Of a stretch of DNA of 39,624 bases, positions 23,453-30,683 are shown piece after piece (within the stretch, counting starts at the first letter, position 1; each line of letters opens with the position of its first letter). The position numbers and the translations under genes were made by a program. Origin of the DNA: a virus; the IMG/VR virus record IMGVR_UViG_3300032883_000203; one strand, written 5' to 3'. The notes beneath the pieces are model-generated. The model worked only from the letters and a program-made list of their open reading frames with translations, was not told where the DNA came from and did not search any database.

Positions 23453-24122
23453 GACCTGCATTGTCCTCGGCTCCGGCTCCGACATCATGGGCAACCTCGA
23501 GCCCTTCCTGCGCCGCTCCTACAAGATTCACGAATGGAAGCGCGGCGAGTCCCTGCCGCTCGATGACTGGGACCTCGTCATCTGCTCAGTGGGCACTGTT
23601 GCCCCTGTCGGGCTGTGGCACAGCGTCGATGAGATCGAGTGGCTGCACAGCATCGAGTCCAACCTGATCACGCCCTTCCGGCTGCTGCAACGGCTGTGGC
23701 CCACGCACAACCCTGGCGCGTCCGTATGCTTCATGGCCGGCAGCAACCCCCAGATGGTGATGAGCGGCTACAGTGCCTACAACACGGGCAAGATGGCGCT
23801 CCTGAAGATGGTCGAGCAACTGGACCACGAGAGCCCCGATGCCAAGTTCTTCGCATTAGGCCCCGGCACGATCCTCACCAAGATCCACAAGCCCACCATG
23901 GACGCCGGATGGGACAATCCGAAGCTCGCCGCGGCGCTGGCCAAGGACGAGGCCCGCGAGCTGAAGATTCGCCAGGTCTACGAGTGCCTCATGTGGGCAA
24001 TCGACCAGCCGAAGGATGTTATTGGCGGTCGCAACATCTGCGTGAGTGACCAGTGGGGGCCGGGCCTTGCCTGCATGCTCAAGGCTGACCCGTGGATGTA
24101 CAAGTTAAGGCGCGTCGAATGA
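23445..24122 (+). CDS. Atypical short-chain dehydrogenase/reductase-like protein, 225 aa
   Basis: CIVLGSGSDIMG dinucleotide-fold start; YSAYNTGK (YxxxK); 8-nt overlap with the upstream gene. Confidence 0.55.
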   Translation: MNKTCIVLGSGSDIMGNLEPFLRRSYKIHEWKRGESLPLDDWDLVICSVGTVAPVGLWHSVDEIEWLHSIESNLITPFRLLQRLWPTHNPGASVCFMAGSNPQMVMSGYSAYNTGKMALLKMVEQLDHESPDAKFFALGPGTILTKIHKPTMDAGWDNPKLAAALAKDEARELKIRQVYECLMWAIDQPKDVIGGRNICVSDQWGPGLACMLKADPWMYKLRRVE

Positions 24123-24796
24123 CCGCCCCCGTCATTATCGGCAATGCCACGCTGTACCTGGGCGATTGCCTTGAAATCCTGCCGACGCTAGGGAAGGTGG
24201 ATGCGGTCATTACCGACCCGCCGTATGGGATTAGAGCCAACGAAAACCCCGTGCGTGGGCGTTGGGGCGCTTCTGTGGAGGCTGGCGGGGCGTGGGATAG
24301 GGAAAGGCCAACCGAGGCGCTGTTGGCTCTCGTGGTGGCTTCTGGAGCTAAAGCCTGCATTTGGGGCGGCAACTATTTTGCCGATATGCTTCCACCAACA
24401 ATGGGTTGGCTGATTTGGGACAAGATTACGCGGGATTTCAGCCTTGCAGACTGCGAATTAGCGTGGACTTCGGAAAATAGGGCTTCGCGGATATTTACAA
24501 AGTCTCGTAATCCAGACGACAAATGGAAGGGGCATCCGACCCAGAAGCCCGTCAGTTTGATGGAATGGTGCGTGGCACAATTAGGTAATCCAGAGACCAT
24601 CCTCGACCCCTTCATGGGCTCCGGCACCACAGGTGTCGCCTGCATGAACCTCGGCCGCAAGTTCATAGGCATCGAGATCGAACCGAAATACTTCGACATC
24701 GCATGTGAGCGGATTGAGAACGCACAACGGCAGGGGACGTTGCTGGATGCCTACGATTCGACGGACAGGAGTCACGAACAGGTGAAGTTGCTATGA
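24119..24796 (+). CDS. N6-adenine / N4-cytosine DNA methyltransferase (beta class), 225 aa
   Basis: LYLGDCLEILP...VDAVITDPPYG (motif IV) precedes HPTQKP...DPFMGSGTTGVA (motif I); ATGA overlaps on both sides. Confidence 0.8.
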   Translation: MTAPVIIGNATLYLGDCLEILPTLGKVDAVITDPPYGIRANENPVRGRWGASVEAGGAWDRERPTEALLALVVASGAKACIWGGNYFADMLPPTMGWLIWDKITRDFSLADCELAWTSENRASRIFTKSRNPDDKWKGHPTQKPVSLMEWCVAQLGNPETILDPFMGSGTTGVACMNLGRKFIGIEIEPKYFDIACERIENAQRQGTLLDAYDSTDRSHEQVKLL

Positions 24797-25365
24797 AAGT
24801 CGCTGAAGCAGTGGCACGCTTCCTGCAAGAAAAGGGACTGACCCACGTGTTCGGCGTGAACGGCGGGGCCAACCTTCACTTGATCCATGGAGTCTGTGAT
24901 GTCACCACGATCCAGTTCATCCCCGGCACGCACGAGTGCAACTCCGGCTTTGCGGCTGATGCCTACGCTCGCGTGGCTGGTCTTGGCTGCGCTATGGCTA
25001 CAAGTGGCCCTGGGGCAACCAACCTCATCACCGCCATCGCTACGTCCTATTACGATTCCGTGCCAGTACTATATATCACCGGAAATGTTGCCACCTTCCG
25101 ATTCGGATCTCGTCTAGGCGTTCGGCAGTACGGGTTCCAGGAGACCCCGATTGTCGACATGGTCAAGGACATCACCAAGTACGCCAAGCAGGCGGTGAGG
25201 GCTGACGATGTCATCCCCCTTCTGCAGATTGCCATCGAGTGGATGAACACGGGGCGCAAGGGACCGGCGCTCATCGACATACCCGACGACATACAAAGAG
25301 CCGACACTGGATGGTCACCGGAACTGTCGTGGATGGTCGAGCCTACGGAGCTGGTGGACGAATGA
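24793..25365 (+). CDS. ThDP-dependent enzyme, N-terminal pyrimidine-binding domain only (acetolactate-synthase-like), 190 aa
   Basis: VFGVNGGANL...THECNSGFAADAYARV...ATSGPGATNL...PVLYITG. Confidence 0.75.
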   Translation: MKVAEAVARFLQEKGLTHVFGVNGGANLHLIHGVCDVTTIQFIPGTHECNSGFAADAYARVAGLGCAMATSGPGATNLITAIATSYYDSVPVLYITGNVATFRFGSRLGVRQYGFQETPIVDMVKDITKYAKQAVRADDVIPLLQIAIEWMNTGRKGPALIDIPDDIQRADTGWSPELSWMVEPTELVDE

Positions 25366-26495
25366 ACCAGATACATGAAGTAGCCGACCTGCTGGTCGAG
25401 GCCCGTCGCCCGGTCTTCATCTGGGGAGCCGGCATCCGTCCGTATGCAGCAGAGGCCCTGTACCTGGCCCGCAGGCTGATGGTCCCGGTCGTGACTACAT
25501 GGGGCGCCATCGACCTGATTCACCACGATGATCCACTGATGGGAGGCGGCTTTGGAACACACGGAACTCGCGCAGCTAATTTCACGGTGCAGAACAGCGA
25601 CCTCGTTGTGTCCATCGGATCAAGACTCGATACTAAGGCTACTGCAGACCCCAGAACCTTTGCCCGCGGAGCACGCATCGTTATGGTCGATGCCGATCGT
25701 GCGGAGATTCACAAGTTCGATCAGCTCGGACGGACCATAGATGTACCGCTGTGCATGGACGCGGGTCAGTTCATCAAGCAACTTACCGAGGCAATCACCC
25801 TCTGGTCAGACAAGCTCGCATGGGTGCGGCAGGTCCATGACTGGCGCAAGCGCTATGACACGCCGACCGTGACATGGCCGGGCGTCAATCCCTACGAGTT
25901 CATGAAGGAGTTGGGCAAATGGACGACACCCGTGGATACGATTGTTTCGGATACTGGTACTGCGTTGGGCTATCTGATGCAGTCCTTCCCATTCAAAGGG
26001 GAACGGATGATCCATGCCTTCAACATGACCCCGATGGGCTACGGGCTGGCCGGAGCAGTTGGAGCGGCCTTCGCGACGAACAGGCGGGTGATATGCATCG
26101 TCGGGGACGGTGGAGCGATGATGTCATTGCCCGAACTCGCGACCATTTCCAGATGGAACCTGAACGTGAAAGTGATCCTGTTCAACAATCACGGCCACAA
26201 CATGTGCCGGCAAACTCAGCGGCAATGGCTCGGTGGGAAAGAGTATGCGACGAGTATTGAAGGCGGTCTCGGTTTCCCCGACTTCCATCTGACAGCACGG
26301 TCCTTTGGTATTCCGTCGTGGACCGACATCCATTACCTGTTCATGGACGACAAGCCCGGCTTCATGGAAGTCGAGATCCACAAGGATGCGCACCTGATAC
26401 CGCAGGCACGGTTCGGCAAGCCCCTGGAGGATGCCGAACCGGAACTGCCGCGGGACGAGTTCTACAGGCAGATGATCATCAAGCCGATGGCATGA
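25362..26495 (+). CDS. ThDP-dependent enzyme, middle plus C-terminal diphosphate-binding domains, 377 aa
   Basis: ARRPVFIWGAGI (middle domain); GDGGAMMSLPELATISRWNLNVKVILFNNHG (GDG-x24-NN ThDP-Mg motif); ATGA junction with the N-domain ORF. Confidence 0.75.
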   Translation: MNQIHEVADLLVEARRPVFIWGAGIRPYAAEALYLARRLMVPVVTTWGAIDLIHHDDPLMGGGFGTHGTRAANFTVQNSDLVVSIGSRLDTKATADPRTFARGARIVMVDADRAEIHKFDQLGRTIDVPLCMDAGQFIKQLTEAITLWSDKLAWVRQVHDWRKRYDTPTVTWPGVNPYEFMKELGKWTTPVDTIVSDTGTALGYLMQSFPFKGERMIHAFNMTPMGYGLAGAVGAAFATNRRVICIVGDGGAMMSLPELATISRWNLNVKVILFNNHGHNMCRQTQRQWLGGKEYATSIEGGLGFPDFHLTARSFGIPSWTDIHYLFMDDKPGFMEVEIHKDAHLIPQARFGKPLEDAEPELPRDEFYRQMIIKPMA

Positions 26496-26660
26496 ATGAC
26501 CCCGAAAGAGTTACTCGCCAAGGCAAAAACACTTGACATCGAGACAGCCGTGCTCATCACGGTACTGCCCGACGGCAAGCTCTATTGCCTCAGCACAGAA
26601 CTGGATTACGAAAAGCTGATGGACATCATCCGCCGGTTCCTGAAAGACCTAGATACGTGA
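26496..26660 (+). CDS. Hypothetical protein, 54 aa; last gene of the early arm
   Basis: ATG directly after the upstream TGA (TGAATG). Below the ORF-track cut-off. Confidence 0.35.
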   Translation: MTPKELLAKAKTLDIETAVLITVLPDGKLYCLSTELDYEKLMDIIRRFLKDLDT

Positions 26661-26661
26661 A

Positions 26662-26862
26662 TCAGGTCAGGCGCGACTGAGCCTTGGCAATGGCCGCATC
26701 GAGCGTGCTGAAGGCTGCCGCCCAGCGCGGGTCACCATCGGGCCAAGCCTCGGCCTGCGCCTGCTTCAGCACCGCTGTGGCCGCATTGGCTGCGGCGATG
26801 GACTCAAGCGCCACGGAAAGCAGGTTGCTGATGGCTGAAATAGCTGCGACGGTTCCCATCAT
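26662..26862 (-). CDS. Hypothetical Ala-rich protein, 66 aa; last gene of the late/lysis operon
   Basis: ORF; 4-nt overlap with the upstream gene. Confidence 0.45.
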   Translation of the reverse strand: MMGTVAAISAISNLLSVALESIAAANAATAVLKQAQAEAWPDGDPRWAAAFSTLDAAIAKAQSRLT

Positions 26863-27188
26863 TTCACCCCTTTCGCTGTCAGGTAAACGGCCAACTGGTT
26901 GAGGATCGACTGAGCCGCCTGGATGCTCGCCTGCGCGTCCGTGGTCTTGCCGGCGACCGCCAACGCCTCAGCCTGCTTGTAAGCAACGGTGGCCTGGCCC
27001 AGGATCTCCTTTGCCTTGTCGTAACTGGCACCCGTGAGCTTTCCGGAGTCGTGCAGGTCAGCCACCGAGTTGGTGGCGCCTACCAGCGTCCAGCCGGCTG
27101 CGTAGATGGTTTGCGTGGTACCCACCGGCTTGGTGGCACAGGCGCCCAGCAGCGCAACAGCAATCAGTAGTGCGTAGAGTGTTTTCAT
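26859..27188 (-). CDS. Lipoprotein, 109 aa (candidate o-spanin-like or other outer-membrane lysis/exclusion factor)
   Basis: Signal peptide plus lipobox MKTLYALLIAVALLGAC; ATGA overlap with the upstream gene. Confidence 0.6.
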   Translation of the reverse strand: MKTLYALLIAVALLGACATKPVGTTQTIYAAGWTLVGATNSVADLHDSGKLTGASYDKAKEILGQATVAYKQAEALAVAGKTTDAQASIQAAQSILNQLAVYLTAKGVK

Positions 27189-27352
27189 TTGGTGGCGATC
27201 CCGTTGCGAAGCGCGGCCAACCCGAGGCCGGTCAGGGCCTGGTCGACTGCACTGATGAGTGTCAGGTCACCGTGAGCCCATGCACCCACGGCAGTGAGCA
27301 GTATCCCGATGGATACCATGTATGTTTTGCTTCCAGACATGAAATTACCCAT
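27185..27352 (-). CDS. Small membrane protein, 55 aa, holin-like (start MGNFMSGSKTY)
   Basis: AAGGAAG RBS; hydrophobic KTYMVSIGILLTAVGAWAHG...LTGLGLAALRNG. Confidence 0.45.
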   Translation of the reverse strand: MGNFMSGSKTYMVSIGILLTAVGAWAHGDLTLISAVDQALTGLGLAALRNGIATK

Positions 27353-27413
27353 TTTGCTTCCTTTCGGCACGCAAATCGCGCTGGTTATGAATTGCTGAAT
27401 CGTTCTATGGGAG

Positions 27414-27812
27414 TCATGAACATTCTTGGCTAACGAGCAGTTCAAAGGATGGGCGGTTGTTGGCCCAGGTCAGGAAGGCAGCGAATGCCGCACGGGAGTT
27501 GACCACCTCCAGTGCATCGCCTGTGAGCGCGGTGCCAGTTCCGAGCAGCACGCAGCCCTCGGAATCCGCATTGGTGTTACCCGGATGAAACAGTATTCCC
27601 GAATGACCCTCCACGCCCATGATCTCGTAGGTCTGGAACGGGAACCCCTTCGAGAGCCGATGCAGCCCGCGGATGCAGGTATAGGTTCCCGCTGGCACTG
27701 CCGGCTTCAGGTCGAAACTGTGCTCGAGCGTGAAGAACCGCGGCACGTCATCGAGGAACAGCACCGAGAAGATGCCATCCACCCTGCTTGCGAGTCGCTG
27801 CAGCTTGTTCAC
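27414..27812 (-). CDS. DUF5675-like protein (YkuD/L,D-peptidase-like His...Ser-x-Gly-Cys motif); candidate endolysin, 132 aa from the GTG start
   Basis: FTLEH...AVPAGTYTC......YEIMGVEGHSGILFHPGNTNADSEGCVLLG...NSRAAFAAF; its GTG overlaps the upstream TGA (GTGA). Confidence 0.55.
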   Translation of the reverse strand: MNKLQRLASRVDGIFSVLFLDDVPRFFTLEHSFDLKPAVPAGTYTCIRGLHRLSKGFPFQTYEIMGVEGHSGILFHPGNTNADSEGCVLLGTGTALTGDALEVVNSRAAFAAFLTWANNRPSFELLVSQECS

Positions 27813-28051
27813 TTGAAATGGTCCTTGAACGCTTCCCAGATTGCGATGCTGGCAGCTCCAATACCGCCGATTACCCATACGACACCAGCAGCGAATCCCC
27901 GGTATTTTGTCAACTCTGTGGCCAGCATGTCGATGCGCTGAACGATGGTTTCCTGTCCTTTCATGAGGGACTCCATGCCAGCTTCCAGAACGGCAATGCG
28001 CTGGCTTTCCTCGGATGGTCCTCTACGCTCGTTTCCGTTCCAGTTTGCCAT
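27809..28051 (-). CDS. Membrane protein with a coiled N-terminus and a C-terminal TM helix, 80 aa (holin or spanin-like)
   Basis: FAAGVVWVIGGIGAASIAIW hydrophobic helix; first gene after the tail fibre. Confidence 0.45.
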   Translation of the reverse strand: MANWNGNERRGPSEESQRIAVLEAGMESLMKGQETIVQRIDMLATELTKYRGFAAGVVWVIGGIGAASIAIWEAFKDHFK

Positions 28052-28057
28052 GGTGAA

Positions 28058-29386
28058 TTATGAGTAAAACTCGATGATTGCTATTTGTCCGGACCCGCCA
28101 TTGCCGCCAGACTGACCTCCCGCACCACCACCAGCACCGCCTGCGCCTACCGCATACGCGTAACTCGATACTCCGGATACTGGCGAACTGAAGAATTTTT
28201 CCACGTAGCCGCCAGATCCGCCACCAGCGCCAGTATTGGCTGCGCTTTGGCCACCACCACCACCACCGCCGCCCGTTCCTGCAGCGGCACTACTTCCGTT
28301 CGTTACGGAAGCCCCTCCAGTTCCTGTGCCTCCAAAATAACTTCTACCGCCATCACCGCCAGCAAAGAAAGCAAATACGCCCGCGCCGCCAGCCCCTCCA
28401 CGCGCTCCGACAACATTTACATCCCCCCCCGAAGCACTACCGCCCGCACCGCCCAGGCCAGTTGGTATGCCGCCCAATCCTCCACCGGCATTAAGATTGC
28501 CAAATGTTGTGGCTGCCCCAGTGCTACCAGCATTTGTGGTAGAAGCGCCGCCGCCGCCGCCGCCGCCCACCATGCGCACCCAAATGAATAAAGAGTCAGT
28601 GGGTATCGTATAAGTGCCAGTTGTAACGACTGTAAAAGTCGTAACCGACGGCGGTTTACCAATGGTAAAACTTCGGTCGGCAACACTAACTGTTCGCTGC
28701 GTAGAGCTGGCGAATTGGTTGATGTTCAACGCCAGCAACTTTGTGGTATCGGACGACGCGGCAATACGGAATTGCCCGTCTGTCTGGCGTGGACTGCTGA
28801 TGTTGATGGAACTCAACAGACCATATTGGACAGCAGACAGGCCGGAATCGAGCACGCCGGAATCGTTGCTGGTGTAGACGGTGGTCGAGCCGCTGGCAAA
28901 CGTATCGGCGACGATGGTTCCGTAGACCGTCCCGCCCGTGTTCGTGGTTTTGACCCGCCTGCCAACCTGGAACGTGTTGGTCTGGTCGCCGGACAATGTG
29001 AAGCTGGTCGTGGCAACAAAGGTAGGCGTGGGGCCGGTGATCCACTCGTTACCCGTCTGGGCCGCCACATCGTTCATGCCAGCAAGATTGTCCTTGGTCC
29101 AATACGGGGACACGGGCGGGTCGCTGTCGGTCCAGGGACAGAACTTGCAGGTGAAGGTTTGCCCGCTCGGGAACCAGACCTGTCCGCCGCTCGGGATGTT
29201 GCCGCCCGAGTCGAGGATGATGGGATTGGTATGCGCCACCCCGCCCACGTTGTCCTTGTAGACGGTCTGCTTGGTGCTGGTGCCACTTACATAGAAGAAC
29301 AGTTTCGCGCCGTTGGCGGGCGTGTTTCCACCCGGGATAAAAAAGGTGGACTGAACAGAATTCGGGGCGAGATAGCACGTTGTCAT
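28058..29386 (-). CDS. Tail fibre/spike protein with a glycine-rich C-terminal domain, 442 aa
   Basis: N-terminal FFIPGGNTPANGAKLFFYVSGTSTKQTVYKD..G.AHTNPIILDSGG (common fibre N-terminus); C-terminal G7/G8 runs and GxGG repeats. Confidence 0.7.
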   Translation of the reverse strand: MTTCYLAPNSVQSTFFIPGGNTPANGAKLFFYVSGTSTKQTVYKDNVGGVAHTNPIILDSGGNIPSGGQVWFPSGQTFTCKFCPWTDSDPPVSPYWTKDNLAGMNDVAAQTGNEWITGPTPTFVATTSFTLSGDQTNTFQVGRRVKTTNTGGTVYGTIVADTFASGSTTVYTSNDSGVLDSGLSAVQYGLLSSINISSPRQTDGQFRIAASSDTTKLLALNINQFASSTQRTVSVADRSFTIGKPPSVTTFTVVTTGTYTIPTDSLFIWVRMVGGGGGGGASTTNAGSTGAATTFGNLNAGGGLGGIPTGLGGAGGSASGGDVNVVGARGGAGGAGVFAFFAGGDGGRSYFGGTGTGGASVTNGSSAAAGTGGGGGGGGQSAANTGAGGGSGGYVEKFFSSPVSGVSSYAYAVGAGGAGGGAGGQSGGNGGSGQIAIIEFYS

Positions 29387-29393
29387 GGGTCAC

Positions 29394-30683
29394 CTACCAG
29401 TGCGGGCATTCCTCGTAGCCGAGGGCATGTAGTGTCGGGAGTTGTTTCTCCAGGCGCTTGCCGATGTCGTCACGGACGATGCGGTTCGCGAACTTGATGC
29501 GCTCAATGGTCGAGTACACCTGCGGTATCGCATCGTGTACGTCGGGCGCCAATGCCAGAGCGACACATGGCATGCTGCCGGTACTCAGGTACTGATCCTT
29601 GGCCAGGCGCATCTGCACGGGCGCGATGTTGCCCCACTGCTCCTCGATGCCGGAGATCAGCAGGCCCTCGGACTTGTGCTCCTCGTCCGGGTACGGAAAC
29701 GGGGGTGCTGCCATCACCACGCCGATAGCGGTGCGCTCGTCCACCTCGAGCGTGTCCTTGCCGGTCAGGCAATCCTTCATCCACTTGACCGGGTCGCCCT
29801 TGTGGCAGTGGTACAGTATGGGCGTGCTCGGGAACCCGAAGCGCGTGGTCCACTCCAGCACCCAGGGGGTCCCTTTGTCGTCGATGATGCAGTTAAGGTC
29901 CACATCGCCGATGTGCTTCAGCTCCACGAGCAAGTCTTCCATGGGCTTCAGCACCGTGTCAGCGAGCTTGCTCTGCGAACTGTACTTGCAGACGGTGCCC
30001 ATCTCGCCCGTGGCAGGACCGTAGTCACCGGGCATCAGCTTCTTGAACTCGAAGTTGATGTTCCACGTGGAACCGATGAAGCCCTTGCTGCCCATCCAGC
30101 CGGACACGCCGACCTCGATGCCTTCGATGAATTCCTGCATCATGCACGGACCCTTCAGCGTGAGGCCCTGCTGTATCCATGACTTGATGCGCCAGGTCAT
30201 GTCGGCACTGCCCGAGCTGACGTAGGACATGGACTTGTCCTCATCGTCGCCCAGGGTCTTGAACACGAGCTTGCGGTCTTCCTTGGCAGCGTAGGCCATG
30301 GCCGCCTGCAGGGTCGGGAAGGTCTGATATTCCGGCACCTGGATGCCTTTCGCCTGCAGCGCCTTCATGCCCTGCTCGCGCTTGATCTCGAGCGCCGCTG
30401 ACTTGGCAGACGGACCGAACACGGGGAAGCCGAACCCTTTGTAGCGGTCTAGCTCGGCAGTAACCGGACCGTTGAACATGTTCACGATGAGCCCGGACTT
30501 TGCCCATGCCATCTCGGTCTTCCAGGACTCCACTTTAGTGATACCCGGGAAGCCCTCGCAGTCGCGTGATTTGCCGCCCGTCTTCGGCTTCGGCTGCCAC
30601 AGCCTCACGTCGTGACCCGCAGCGCTGGCACGGTAGGCCAGATCCTGCCCGGACATGTCGGAGTCGATCAGGAGGATGTTCAC
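29394..30683 (-). CDS. ATP-grasp ligase related to PurD (glycinamide ribonucleotide synthetase-like), 429 aa
   Basis: MNILLIDSD...; FEFKKLMPGDYGPATGEMGTV aligns with PurD QDHKRL.DGD.GPNTGGMG; VLEWTTRFGFPSTP aligns with VLEFN.RFGDPETQ. Confidence 0.65.
   Translation of the reverse strand: MNILLIDSDMSGQDLAYRASAAGHDVRLWQPKPKTGGKSRDCEGFPGITKVESWKTEMAWAKSGLIVNMFNGPVTAELDRYKGFGFPVFGPSAKSAALEIKREQGMKALQAKGIQVPEYQTFPTLQAAMAYAAKEDRKLVFKTLGDDEDKSMSYVSSGSADMTWRIKSWIQQGLTLKGPCMMQEFIEGIEVGVSGWMGSKGFIGSTWNINFEFKKLMPGDYGPATGEMGTVCKYSSQSKLADTVLKPMEDLLVELKHIGDVDLNCIIDDKGTPWVLEWTTRFGFPSTPILYHCHKGDPVKWMKDCLTGKDTLEVDERTAIGVVMAAPPFPYPDEEHKSEGLLISGIEEQWGNIAPVQMRLAKDQYLSTGSMPCVALALAPDVHDAIPQVYSTIERIKFANRIVRDDIGKRLEKQLPTLHALGYEECPHW

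Noticed and set aside
20308-26495. Phosphonate (AEP/fosfomycin-like) pathway, suggested by the pairing of a B12 radical SAM enzyme with a ThDP decarboxylase-like enzyme
   Set aside because: No PEP mutase and no aminotransferase is present. The ThDP enzyme has the three-domain ALS-like layout rather than the compact phosphonopyruvate decarboxylase form. Kept only as a remote alternative.
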